DNA of 64,000 bases from Anolis carolinensis (taxonomy: Eukaryota): contig NC_085846.1 of the NCBI RefSeq assembly GCF_035594765.1, positions 82,013,190 to 82,077,189 of the forward strand, given 5' to 3'. Of the stretch, positions 35,621 to 47,985 are shown piece by piece (positions within the stretch are counted from its first letter, which is position 1; the number at the start of each line of letters is the position of its first letter). A program made the position numbers and the translations under genes. The notes beneath the pieces were generated by a model that did not search any database, was not told where the DNA came from, and was given only the letters and a program-made list of their open reading frames with translations.

Positions 35621-36667
35621 GCTCACACACATTTTGCTGCCTCAAATGTTAGCACTGTTTCCGAGACTATTTGACGTGCTGATTCCAAAAATGGCACTGA
35701 TTTCCCCCTATGAGATACAGAACATATGCCATATACCAGTCTTCATTTGCTCACCCATAGGAAATCATGATAACCATATCCAAGAAACTAGACTGCGATT
35801 TTCTGAACCAATGCCTCAAATAACCCCAGAAACAGACAAAAAGAAAACCCAACCAAGAACATTTTATGTTGTGCTGTGTAATCCCTCCCCCACTGTATAT
35901 GCATACCTCTATGTGTGTGTATATGCGTGTGCTTCTCTGTACATCTGCATGACATCAAGAGGAGTGTTCTGGGGGGTCAAAATGCACGCATGTGGAAAGA
36001 TCTTGCAAGGCAAGGCAAACCAGCTGCAGAATAAGAGGCATGGTAACAACCACGGGGATCTCTTGATCTAATCCTTCTTGGAAGGAGAGGATCTGGAGGA
36101 ATGAGACATGCGTTCTCGCCCTTTTGTGAGGAGAGGCGCTGAAAGATGTCTGTCTTAACACTCCTCTCTCAGAACTTTCTTCTCTTTCTTGTGTTTTGTT
36201 TTTTAAAAACAGCAGAGCAATTATCAACACAAGGAGACTGATGAAAGAGCATTTCTTTCCTAAGCCTTCACTCACCCCGCCTGGCACGCCAATCTCCCAA
36301 TAAATCTAAGAACAAATTTGCAAGCCGCTTATATAAGCAACCACTCCATCCATAGATATGTATAGATCTACATGAAACGACTTTTTAATAGGCATGCATG
36401 TTGTTGGCGGGCTTCCTCCAGGAAAAACCAACCCACGCAGGGTTTGCAGAGTGTTTCCCACTTCATTGCAGCCTAGAAGTAGACCAAGAGAGAGAGAAAA
36501 GGCAAGTATGTGCTGGTGGCATGGGTTCTTGTGTGGACTTCGCGTGTTTACACTCACACATGTATCAAGGGGGGAGGCAAAATAACGCGGAACTGCAGCC
36601 CCCATCTTCCACAGGGGTCTGGATTGTGAAATGCCAATAATATAGGTCTTATTGTTATTGCTGTTAT

Positions 36668-36789
36668 TGAGGATGCCTGCCATAGATGTAGGTGAAACGT
36701 CAGGAGAGAATGCTCCTGGAATATGGCCATACAGCCCGGAAACTCATAGCAACCCAGTCATACCGGCCATGAAAGCCTTAGACAACACA
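36668..36789 (+). mobile_element. Penelope terminal fragment truncated inside the hammerhead core
   Basis: Starts at TGAGGATGCCTGCC (C3 and the 5' strand of stem I are lost) and ends GACAACACA. Confidence 0.85.
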
Positions 36790-37118
36790 TTGCTGTTGTT
36801 GTTAAAATTATGTGTTCATTGCTGGGTTATTTTTTATGGAAGGGTTTTATAGCCAAATGTCTGTTGTAGCTTAGCTTGGCCATTCCCTCCCCCTCCCAAT
36901 CCCATCTCCAGACTATAGAATAGCCAATAATAATAATACCACATATGTGGGGCTGATGGGGTAATTTGCAGGGGTGATAAGGAAATATGATGTATACATT
37001 CAGTTTTATCATGTTTATTTACTGTATCGTTTTGTCTTATTTTAACTTACTACATAGAGTGTAATCAAGTCTTATCAAGCCTTATTGTTTGGTTTGGTAT
37101 TGAGGTGTGGCCTAAGAC

Positions 37119-37163
<45 letters not shown>

Positions 37164-37244
37164 AATGTCTCAAGACATGGAAAATCAGAGTAGAGTGGTG
37201 AGGGGACTTCTCCCTGCTCAGAACTATACAGAAAGTACCTAATT

Positions 37245-38310
37245 CTACTTTCTGTACAGTTCTGAGTGGGGAGACGTTCTCTACCCACTAAGAAAATAGC
37301 AAACATAAAATAATATTAAAAGGAGGGGTTAAAGAAGAGGACAAAAATCAAGGTTTCAATGTGTTGTGGCAGGCTTTCATGGCCGGAATCACTGGGTTGC
37401 TGTGAGTTTTCCGAGCTATATGGCTATGTTCTAGAAGCATTATCTTCTGAAGTTTTGCCCATAGCTATGGCAGGCATCCTCAGAGGTTGTGAGGTATGCT
37501 GGAAACTAGGCAAGGGAAGTTTATATATCTGTGGAAGGTACAAGGTGGGAGAGAGAACTCTTGTCTGTTGGAGGCAAGTGTGAATGTTGCATGCAAATCT
37601 ACTTTCTGTACAATTCTGAATGGGGAGAAGTCCCCTACCCACTAAGAAAATAGCAAACATTTAATAGTATTAAAAGGAGGGATTACAGAAGAGAACAAAA
37701 ATCTAGGTTTCAGTTTCGAAGTCCTGGTTTTTGAAGTTTATTAGGGGAGCCCAAGCAAATAGAACTGGGGAGGGGAAATGGAGAAAAAATGGTAAAAATA
37801 TATAAAAGAAAGGTGTTGTTGAAGGCTTTCACAGCCGGAATCACTGGGTTGCTGTGAGTTTTCCCTTGTGTATGACCATATTCCAGGAGCATTCCCTCCT
37901 GACGTTTTACCCACATCTATGGCAGGCATCCTCAGAGGTTTTGAGGTATATTGGAAGCTAGGCAAGGGAAGTTTATATATTTGTGGAAGGTCCAAGATGG
38001 GAGAAAGAACTCTTATCTGTTGGAGGCAAGTGTGAATGTTGCAATTGGACTTTCTGTACAATTCTGAATGGGGAGAAGTGCCATACCCACTAAGAAAATA
38101 GCAAAAATAAAATAGTAATAAAAGGAGGGGCTGAAGAAGACGACAAAAATCAAGGTTAGAGTTTCCAAGGTGTTGTCGAAGGCTTTCACAGCAAGAATCA
38201 CCGGGTTGCTGTGAGTTTTCCGGGCTGTATGGCCATGTTCCAGAAGCAAATGTCAGAAGAAGACGCATATGGAACATGGCTATACAATCAGGAAAACTCA
38301 CAACAACCCA
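37245..38310. mobile_element. Three tandem units of a ~115-bp unique flank plus a Penelope terminal repeat, upstream of HOXA7
   Basis: Flank CTACTTTCTGTACA...AATCAAGGTT at 37245, 37599 and 38049. PLE repeats at 37360-37591, 37813-38048 and 38170-38310, the last with an inverted end. Confidence 0.87.
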
Positions 38311-38539
38311 AAAAAGGGAAGGGTGAAAGGACACAAATCCAAGTTTCTAAGCGCGGGTTTTGAGTTTCCTAGGGGAGAGCCTTCCTCCCCTCCTCCGCGC
38401 GGGTGGGCGCTTGACGCGGGTTGAGACCCCTTCCTTGCCTTTGAATTTGCGACTCCCCTTCGAGGTCCACGCGAGGTCCTCTCCCTCTCTCTCCCTCTCT
38501 CTCTCCCACCTGTGATGCGGGGCGGAGATTGGAGGACGG

Positions 38540-38709
38540 GGTCATATGACGCGTCACGTGGTGGCGGCGGCTCCTTCCACCCCCACCCTCCCCCACAAGA
38601 AAATGGGGTTTGGTGTAAATCTGGGGGTGTAATGTTATCATATATCACGCTACCTCGTAAAACCGACACCGAAGCCTACCGGACCACAAATCACCACCGG
38701 CGGAAAATT
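38540..38709 (+). promoter_or_regulatory. HOXA7 promoter and leader
   Basis: TGACGCGTCACGTGG, GGTGTAAATCTGGGGGTGTAATGTTATCATATATCAC and CTCGTAAAA directly upstream of the ATG. Confidence 0.65.
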
Positions 38710-39142
38710 ATGAGCTCTTCGTATTATGTGAACGCGCTTTTTAGCAAGTACACGGCGGCGGGGGCGGCTTCGTTGTTCCCCAATGCGGCGGAGCCCACGG
38801 CTTGCTCCTTCGCCACCGGCTCGGCCCGCAGCGGCGGCGGCTATGGGGCCGGGCCGGGCGCCTTCGCCTCCTCCATGCCGGCCTTGTACAACGTCAACAG
38901 CAGCCTCTACGCCAGCCCCTTCTCCTCCGCCTCCGCCTCCTCCGCCGCCGGGTACAGCCTGGGCTCCGACGCCTACAACCTGCCCAGCTGCGCCGCCGCC
39001 GCCGCCTTCGACCACAGCCTCCCCGTCCTCTGCAGCAGCAGCGGCGACCTCGGCCCCAAGGGCTGCGAGAAAGCCGAGGGTGGCCACCTGCACGGCCAGG
39101 CCGAGAGCAATTTCCGCATCTACCCCTGGATGAGGTCTTCAG
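38710..39142 (+). CDS. HOXA7: HOXA7 exon 1 (joined CDS 38710-39142 + 41223-41554, 254 aa)
   Basis: MSSSYYVNALFSKYTA start and hexapeptide region NFRIYPWMRSS. Donor TCA G|gtagga. Confidence 0.97.
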
Positions 39143-39782
39143 GTAGGAGGAAACCTGCCCAGGGAGGGAGAGAGGGGAGGGGAGGGGCGGGGGAAGGCCA
39201 GCAAAGTTCTCCCAAGGAAGGAAAGAAGGAAGGAGAAAGAGAAAAGGGAGGGAGAGAGAGAGAGAGGGCGCGCCCGCCTCCTCTCTTTTAATTAGAACCG
39301 AGGCGCCATTGCCTCCAAAGCCCGTGGCATTGTATGTAAATGAGCCCCATAAAACTTTTTATAGCCCAATTAATGGGTTCTAGCCTCGTAAATTTATTTC
39401 ACTCACTTTGTTATGGAATGGGAGCCCTGAGGTTGGAGGTTTTTTCAATCCTCCTTCTGATATTTTTTAAATCCACTCCCTACTTTTCGATGTCCCCAAA
39501 AGGTAGGAAAAGGTGCCCCCTGGCACGCATAGACTGTTAGTAAAGACTGAGAAGCACTGGAAGGAGTAGAAGCGGGTTGCTTTGTTTTGGAAGGTTAGGC
39601 ATATTTGAGTCGACCCCTATTCCTGGACTCATGACTCATGCATTCCTGGAGCAAAAATGTGTGACCTTGTCTTTTTATGCCATTGAAAAATATATCTCCC
39701 TTTGTCCAAAAGCATGGGAAAGAAAGGTACATCCGACTGCATTCTTTGTGACTGGATCTGCACTGCCAAATAATGCATTCTG

Positions 39783-40214
39783 TGGTCAGTGTAGACCCAC
39801 ACAATGCAGCTCAAATTATATTCAAGCCAATATTTTCTAAAGGAGGAGTAAAAATGGTATTTTAGCTTCTAGGAGCCACAGTTCTGAGTTCTGGGTGGTG
39901 TCTGTCCACCTTTAATCTTCCTTGGAAGTCTGGAATGTGAAATACCACCCTATCAGCCTTCCCAGTCATTTTCCTAGCATTAGCAATATTACTATTATAT
40001 GGTCAGTGTAGACCCACACAATGCAGCTCAAATTATATTGAAGCCAATATGGTCTAAAGAAGGAGTAAATATGGTATTTTAGCTGCTAGGAGCCACAGTG
40101 CTGAGTTCTTGGTGGTGTCTGTCCACCTTTCATCTTCCTTGGAAGTCTGGAATGTGAAGTACCACCCTCTAAGTCTTTCCAGTCGTTTTCCTAGCATTAG
40201 CAGTATTAGTATTA
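39783..40214. repeat. ~217-bp direct duplication in the HOXA7 intron
   Basis: TGGTCAGTGTAGACCCACACAATGCAGCTC...CCTAGCATTAGCA starts at 39783 and again at 40000. Confidence 0.88.
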
Positions 40215-40432
40215 AAATTATGTGTTGAAACTCGAAGGTCTACCCCAAATCTTCTTTTGGGGAGCTTTAGACAAGTTCAGACTGTGAAGGTAAACACACT
40301 GAGGTCTCTGTAGGCAAAGAGATTTCAAGGTGACTTCAACCTGGGACTAAATCCCATTGAATCCCAATAGTATCAGCTTGAGAGTCAGGAAGCAGTAGGT
40401 TGCATTGGAGGAAGTGGGGGCTGAAATAGATC

Positions 40433-40959
40433 TGTTGTCGAAGGCTTTCATGGTCGGAATCACTGGGTTGCTCTGAGTTCTCCGGGCGGTATGGCCATGT
40501 TCCTGAAGCATTCTCTCCTGACGTTTCCTCCACATCTATGGCAGGCATCCTCAGAGGTTGTGAGGTCTATTGGAAACTAGACTAGGGAGGTTTATATATC
40601 TGTGGAAAGCCCACAACCCTGTTCTGTTGGAGGCAGGTGTGAATGCTACAATTAAACATCTTGATTAGCATTGAAAAGCCTTGCAGTTTCAAGGCCTGGC
40701 TGATTCTTGCTTGGGGGAATCCTTTGTTGGGAGGTGTTAACTTGCCCTGATTGTTTAATGTCTGGAACTCCTGTTTTCAGAGTGTTGTTCTTTATTTACT
40801 GTCCTGATTTTAGAGCTTTTTAATACTGGTCGCCAGATTTTGTTCATTTTTATGGTTTCCTCACAACCTCTGAAGATGCCTGCCATAGTTGTGGGTGAGA
40901 TGTCAGGAGAAAATGCTTCTGGAACATGGCCATATAATCTGGAAAATTTACTGCACCCA
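40433..40959. mobile_element. Penelope-like element with an inverted terminal repeat, in the HOXA7 intron
   Basis: Minus body to ~40860, plus arm 40859-40959. TSD CTGAAATAGATCT at 40421-40433 and 40960-40972. Confidence 0.9.
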
Positions 40960-41209
40960 CTGAAATAGATCTCTTGATATCCTGAGTGACATTTAACTCA
41001 GGAAAACCAACTTTCCTGTAGACTTGTAGAAGATAACCCTGGGAGATCTGTGTGCTGCTTCTCTAAAAATGTCTTTGTCCTTGGAAGGGGCAAGGAAGTG
41101 GTGTCCAAGCAGGGAATGACAGGACATGGCTTGCAAATTCCGAGCATTGCTTCAGCCAGATCGCAATGTTTCCGGCTCCTTTAACTTTCTCCTTTCCTCC
41201 TCTTCCTAA

Positions 41210-41554
<345 letters not shown>

Positions 41555-43204
41555 CCCGTTGGGGTGTCCTTCTCCCAGGAGCAGCCGGTTCTCTGGTTCT
41601 CCGCTCTCCTGTATGCACGTGACAGTTGTAAAATCCCCCTGAAACGAACCATGAAAAATACAAGAGACCCTTCTAATGGCCATATAAGGAGGCGGGAGTG
41701 GGGGGTGGCTGGAGAGTCTTTTTAATCCCCCTTTCCCCTTTCATCCTAGGCTGAAGTAGGTTCTCCATGGACTGCTATGCTGTCACTGTTTTTTTCCCCT
41801 TCTTCTTGTGACTGGATCGCTCGATAAGATTTTTACTGATATTTGTGACAGGAAATATATATATAAATATATGTATATATAAAAGAGAGGTCCTTACTTG
41901 CACAGAAAGGGGTGGGGGTGGGGAGAGAAGTCCCACATAATGTATCTTATCCTTCCAGATAGAAACTACCTGACTATACATTAGTCCCAATCAATCCCGA
42001 AGGGAGAAGTGCATTAGGTTCATACTCAAACTACCTAATTCGAGGCTGTATTTCCAGCTCCTGTGTTGTTGCTATTTTTTTTTCTGTGTGTTTATTCAAA
42101 TAACCTGGAAAAGGGGTAGCGGGAGAAATACTTGAGAGAAAAAAGTGAATAAACCACTAGACTACAATGTTTCCTACTACCTATGTTCAAGACTACCTAT
42201 TCTCGAGCTCCGCCTACCTATCTCCCATACGATGCTGTATTTTATTAATGCGGGAGGGGGGTTCAGGGAGGGTTGGGAAGGGAAGATGACAGGGAAGTGG
42301 CTTGTTTGTAGAACTGAATAGTAGAGAAGGAGGCTTCCAAGGAAGTGGCCAGGCCTCCCTAGTTCGAATATAGTATTTCACGTGGAGTATTATTGCTAGG
42401 TCTAATTTAAAAGTTTCTTTTTAAAAATAAAATAAAATAAAATAAAATAATATATTTATTCCATGCTAAGCGAGAAGCGGTCCTCACAAGTCTGCGCTAG
42501 TCCGCATTTTCGCATTGCAGTGATTGTACAAAGCGGCTCCATCTTTTCTTTTGCCATTGACGTCCTTGATGGCCAAATTGATATTTCATTTTTGAGTCTT
42601 TAATTCCATGTAAGTAATAACAGGAGGAACAAGAAAAGGGAGCATTTCTGTAGGTGGCTGTGTATGTACCCTCATCCTTTCCTTGCTCCTATTGTTTTCA
42701 GAATGCATTAGATAGGAAAACGCAGCTACAGTTAGTTAACGTCGTTTAATTACTACATCTTGCTCACCAGAAGGAAACTTTTGCCTCTTGTTGTCTGGCA
42801 ACGCATTTTATAATATACTATATTCCTTATCAGTTGAAATAGTCTACCCGCCAACCAGGGAAGTTCATATAATACACTATATTCCTAATGGATGAAATAG
42901 TCTACTCTCCAACCAGGAAAGTACACGCTTTTAAGGGGCCACAAGACTCCTTTGCTGTTTGTGCTTCAAGTTGCAGCATGAGGCAATATTTTTTGGGAAG
43001 AGGTCTGTTTTTTTTTTTAAACTGTTTGGAAAAAATAAAGATAACACTTCTGTAGAAATCAATCCCACTTTTACAATTTGAGCTATGCTTTATTCATGAA
43101 TTGTACAACATGGGTCTGATTTTCCGTTGTGTTCATTGTGAACATTGGGGTATTTCGTGTGAAAATGAGGGGAGGAGGGTGCGGTCAATGTGTTCTATGT
43201 TATT

Positions 43205-43396
43205 CAGAAATAAAAAAAAATACTTGTTGACAATGAATCCTCTTGTGTGTGTGTTTGGACTCAAAAGATATACATAAACAACCAAATGCTAAGTTCTCAG
43301 CACAGAAATAAAAATACTTGTTGACAATTGATCCTCTTGTGTGTGTATTTGGACTCAAAAAATATACATAAACAACTAAATGCTAAGTTCTCAGCA
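43205..43396. repeat. ~98-bp tandem duplication containing AATAAA, downstream of HOXA7
   Basis: CAGAAATAAAA...TACTTGTTGACAAT...AAATGCTAAGTTCTCAGCA occurs twice. Confidence 0.85.
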
Positions 43397-43569
43397 AATC
43401 GTTCAATCATAGAGTTGAAAGAGACCACAATAAACCAGAATCCACAGCTACCCTAATATTTAGTTTGACACATTCGCATTCCCACACTATATGCATAAAC
43501 CGCCCTTTCTGTTGACATCCATGCCAGCACTGACCAAATATTAGAAATCGATTGGGTGATAACAAAAGA

Positions 43570-44037
43570 AATGGCGGCTTTGGTACAAAGAGAGGGAATG
43601 GGAAATTACAGGAAAATAAAGGAAGCAATAATTGAGTGCACACAAGCTATGATAGTACATTAGGATGGAAAGACAAATCAAAGTGGACAATAAACAAATT
43701 GTATCAGAATATGGTGGATCAAATGGAATTCGAAATTATGGGTGTAAAATCAAATTAATCAAGAGAAGTTGAAGAAAGATGGAAGATGGTCAAGAATTAT
43801 ATTATGAATAAGTCTAGAGGTCAGGCCGTAAGAAATAGGATACAAATATTATATAGTATCTAAATCTATAAAGATTGTTTCAAAAAGGATTATTATGTAA
43901 AAAAAATCCTCACGGTGGTGGGAATGTATATGTCCTAAAATTAATATAGATATTAAAAATTTAATATATATATTAAAAATTTAATATATATATTAAAAAT
44001 TTAATATATATATTAAAATTTAATATATATATTAAAA
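43570..44037 (+). mobile_element. L1-like LINE 3' end with an AT-rich tandem tail
   Basis: Decayed peptide LGWKDKSKWTINKLYQNMVDQMEFEIM...RWKMVKNYI resembles the end of a squamate L1 ORF2. The tail is (AAATTTAATATATATATTA)n. Confidence 0.55.
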
Positions 44038-44156
44038 AGAGCATCCACAGCTACCAAAGCTATTCGCGGCTTTGACTACGTTGGCAAAGAAGGCCAACAC
44101 AATCCTGTTTTTCCAGGATAATTTGCCTAGGAGTTCAACTTAAGTGTGAAGCTTTG

Positions 44157-44243
44157 AGTCTGGTTTTACACTGCCACATAATGTCAGTACAGAACCATAT
44201 ACAATACAGTTCAGACTGCATTATATGATAATGTAGAACCAGC
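44157..44243. mobile_element. Short MITE of the CTACACTG family
   Basis: Inverted ends CTGGTTTTACACTG ... AATGTAGAACCAG. Confidence 0.6.
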
Positions 44244-44869
44244 TTGAGAAATCTATGAAATGATCCACTTGCTAAGTACAATTCCAAGCCAGGAGGCCTC
44301 TCTTTAGGATAACAAGGGCAAAGAGATAAACAAATTTCCGAATTTGAATCGCCTGCAGCTAATTCCTTAGTAAATCTACATTCTGTTCTAAGAGATCCAC
44401 TTGAGCGAGAATAGGACGTGGCCACAAACTGGTCTTCCAAAGGGACAAACTGAGATGTTGGGTTGAGCTGCCTTTTCCGAGGCTTTGGCGGAAATCCGCA
44501 TTTAGGGAGGGAGAAAAGCGAGGGAGGGCCAATACGAAATTCCCCGCATTCAAATCCAGGAATAAGGGCGGATTTAACGACACTATATTGGGCGTTTCAG
44601 AGCCCTCAGAAAGATGGTTTGAAAGATCTTATGCTGGAATACTTCCCAAATGTTATCCCATGAAACATTTTCTTATTTTTGAAAGAAGGGAGGAGGGGAA
44701 ATAGGCCAACACTGGGGTGGTTTCGGAATTAAATGGTAATAACCGGTCTAAAAGGGAAAGCTAGTGCTAAGGCTGCCTTGAAGGGAAGAAGAAAAGCAAA
44801 AGAAGCAGGCAGAGAAAGCTCAGTCCAAACTGTGGGTCTTTTAAAACACACACACAGAACCCAGGGCTG

Positions 44870-45075
44870 GTAAAATGGCGCCTCTGGAAGTCCTGCCTCT
44901 TTCTTAGTGATGAGGAAAGGGTCATAAATCCGTTGTTGTTTATGAAAATTTACAACTTTGCAATACAACTTTACGAGGGCTTCCTGTTCTCCATTGGTTG
45001 CCGATGGTCATGTGGATGGGAACCGTGAACATGAACTTTTTTATAATTTCCCTGGCGAGAATAGAGCGGCATTCT
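44870..45075 (+). promoter_or_regulatory. Conserved-type non-coding element or distal promoter between HOXA7 and HOXA6
   Basis: YY1-like AAAATGGCG, GTCATAAA, TTTATG, TTTACAAC, TTTACGA, inverted CCAAT (ATTGG), GTCATGTG and TTTTATAA, all in repeat-free sequence. Confidence 0.6.
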
Positions 45076-47629
45076 TTTGCTCGGCTCGGTCCTGCTTCGG
45101 ATCTCTCTGCCTTTCAGTCCTCTCCTTCAAACCCCCCCCTCTTTTTTTTCTCTGCGCCCCTCCATACAGCCCCCCTCCCCGGTTTTCATTCGTCCTTTGT
45201 AAGTCAATAGGGAGCCGCGGACGGGATGGAGGTCCAGTCTGCAGCCTCGCATGGTCTTGGATGGCCTTTTCCAGCCCCTCCGTCGGAAGGTGTGGCATCT
45301 TGGATTCAAAGCCCTGGAGTGGCACGTTTTTCCTGGCGAATTTCCTGCTTCTTCTGGCACCAAAACGAGGGCGATCCGTCTGGAGGCGGCCAGAAGAGAC
45401 AGCTGTCAAAGGGAGCGAAGGGATCCCCTCAAAGCAGACCCTGAAGGTGAGAAAGGCAGGCAACACAGGCATGAATGAACACAGGCGAACCTTGTGATAG
45501 TATCAGGCAGGGATAGTACACTGGAGCAGAACAGCCTTTATAACTAAGACACATGCCTATAGATATGTATTTATACGTATTGGACTTAGAATATATCATT
45601 GCAATCGATCCACCCTCATTTTCTATGCTATCTTTAACCTGCCTGACTTTGGAAAAAAAATAACCTTCTAATGAACCTATACCGGTAGTTATTCCATCTT
45701 AACATTGCATTTGTTCGACAGTAGGTTGTACATTTATTTATTACTGGGTTGTTTATTTTTTTAAAGAAACAGTCACATTTAACGCTCCTTTCTTAGAATC
45801 ATCAAATTGAAATGTTTATATATTCGTGCGCATTATTTGTTTGCCTTTTCGGTATTTATTTGCAATGGATTTTTATTATTATTTTTAAAAAGACCACTGA
45901 AGTGATGGGTGCAAAGAACTAGACGGCGCCTCACCTTGTTTTGAGTTTCCAGTCGATGATTGATTATTCTAATCTCAGTTTGTGAGTTAGAGGGCTTGGT
46001 CGTCAGAGGTATACTGGTGTCATTTATACTGCCTAGCGACTGGGAAATAATATTGTGGCCTTTTAACAGCTCTATTCATTCATGATGTAAAAGCCTTAAC
46101 TGCATTACAAAATATGGCGCTTTTTTCGAAGGGGGAAAAATAGATGAATGAACTAATAGGCCGTGTTTATATATATATGAAATATAGATGCCGTGAAAGC
46201 GCGTCGTTTTTTCATGTGATCCTTCCATTTTGTGTTGCTTTTCTAGAAAATGGTTTCCTAGGACGAAAACACTTAAACCCTTCCCTTGTTGAAATTACCC
46301 ATTCTGTTTGCTAAGATAAGATGGAGTTGCTTTGGTTGTCCATAAACGATTGGGGTTTCCTCCGAGCGAGAGGATAAAGAATTGCGGGGCATTGCATTGC
46401 AGTGTGTGCTTGACTGCAACTGCAGAGAATGTCGGATTATTTATGGTCAAGCAGAGGAGCCGACTCAGTGCTGCCACAGTGTGGCCGACGGTGGTACTGG
46501 GCTCAGAGAGGGAAATACCAAACCCTGCGGGTGATCTGTCCCTTTAAAAAAAAAACTCTCTCTGTTTAACATTAATAACAGCACCCATAACAAAACAAAA
46601 CTGGTTTTAATTGGCCTCCGGAAATTACATCCTGTCTGGTTATGTCAAGATTGAAAAGATGTGTGGAGGAGACGTTGGGGAAGGTGGGAACTGGAAGCTA
46701 TTTTTCTTTGAACCCATATTTTATATGGAATGGGATGTTTGGACTCGAGCCGCGCCGACCCTGGTTGCTAATACACGTTCCCTCTAAACAAGGGCTAGGA
46801 TTGCGAAGGTCTGTTTGGATTAGCCTCGGCACGCGAAAGGTGGTTCTCTGTTACCTCTCTCCACAAGAGTGGGATTTGCAAGTGGATTTATACCTTCGGG
46901 GGAAAGGGGCTTTTCAGCTTAAGAGGGGAGCGGCCCCTCCGCACCTGTATTCTAACTTTGTTTGACTTATGGGGTCGGATGAATGGAAACCGGGGTTTTT
47001 TCAGGGGGAGGGCATAAGGGGAGTGCGAGAGGGAGGGAGAGCCCTCCGCCTGTTAAAGTGGTAGTAGCCCTACATTTGGAAACCGGACTGGATAATATTT
47101 GGAAAGAATTCGCTAGCTGTGCCTGGTTTTGTCTGAACAGGACTTTTCTGGCTCTCTCCCTTCAGGACCTATGTGTGTTTCTGAGCATTCTGGATTTATC
47201 TGAAGTCTTGGGAGAAAGTGCTATGGAGTAGATGACCAAAACTAGCCAACTAATACATTCATTGATGAATATTTGTTGGGGAATCTGAGCTATTAGACTC
47301 AAAATAACCCTCAGTTGGGATGATTCCACCATAAATATAGCAGAGTACTAGACGTAAACTTCATAACCAGCCTAAACTTAAGTGTGGTGTGAAACCGAAC
47401 AGTATTATTCATTAATTGGATGGCAATTGAGGGTTTTTTTGCGCTGCGTTTGGAGAAGCCAAGAGGTCCAGTATTTTCCTACTATATATTCCAATATATT
47501 TCTCTGTTTCTCAGTAAGAACGAAACCAATCCAGAGCAGCGAAATTTCTTCCTACTTGATTTGTATTTACAAGAGCTTTGCTCACGCTTCAGAGTTTGCT
47601 AGCTGCTCCTATTTATAATAATGGTCTGG

Positions 47630-47985
47630 ACGTGGCATTTGCCTGATTAAAATGAACTGGAAGCTAGCCAGGCTATGAAAGTACTGGCCATGAAGCAGGG
47701 GAAAAAGTTATCTATATACGTGAGGACCCACAGATTTCACCAAGGACTTTACATTTACTGAGATTGATTATTGTTGTTTTATACCTTTAGCTATTGCTAT
47801 ATTTTACTGATTTTAACCAGGGGGTTTTGTAAAGCGAGATATTTATGTTGGCTGTTATTGTTTTATGTTATTGTTTCTGCAATGTTTGTATTTTGTGTGT
47901 TTGAACTTTTGAGTGCTTTGTAAGCCGCCCCAGTCCCTCTGGGAAATGGTGGCGGATATAAATTAAGATTATTATTATTATTATT
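47630..47985 (+). mobile_element. CR1/L2-like LINE 3' tail
   Basis: T-rich 3'UTR ending GTAAGCCGCCCCAGTCCC...GGCGGATATAAAT followed by (TTA)n. Confidence 0.55.

Noticed and set aside
26000-38700. Possible HOXA8 gene or pseudogene
   Set aside because: No homeobox or hexapeptide remnant is visible by eye, and jawed-vertebrate HoxA clusters lack paralogue 8.
44872-44890. TGGCGCCTCTGGAAG as a CTCF site
   Set aside because: It is one base short of the core spacing and is better explained as a YY1-type AAAATGGCG motif.
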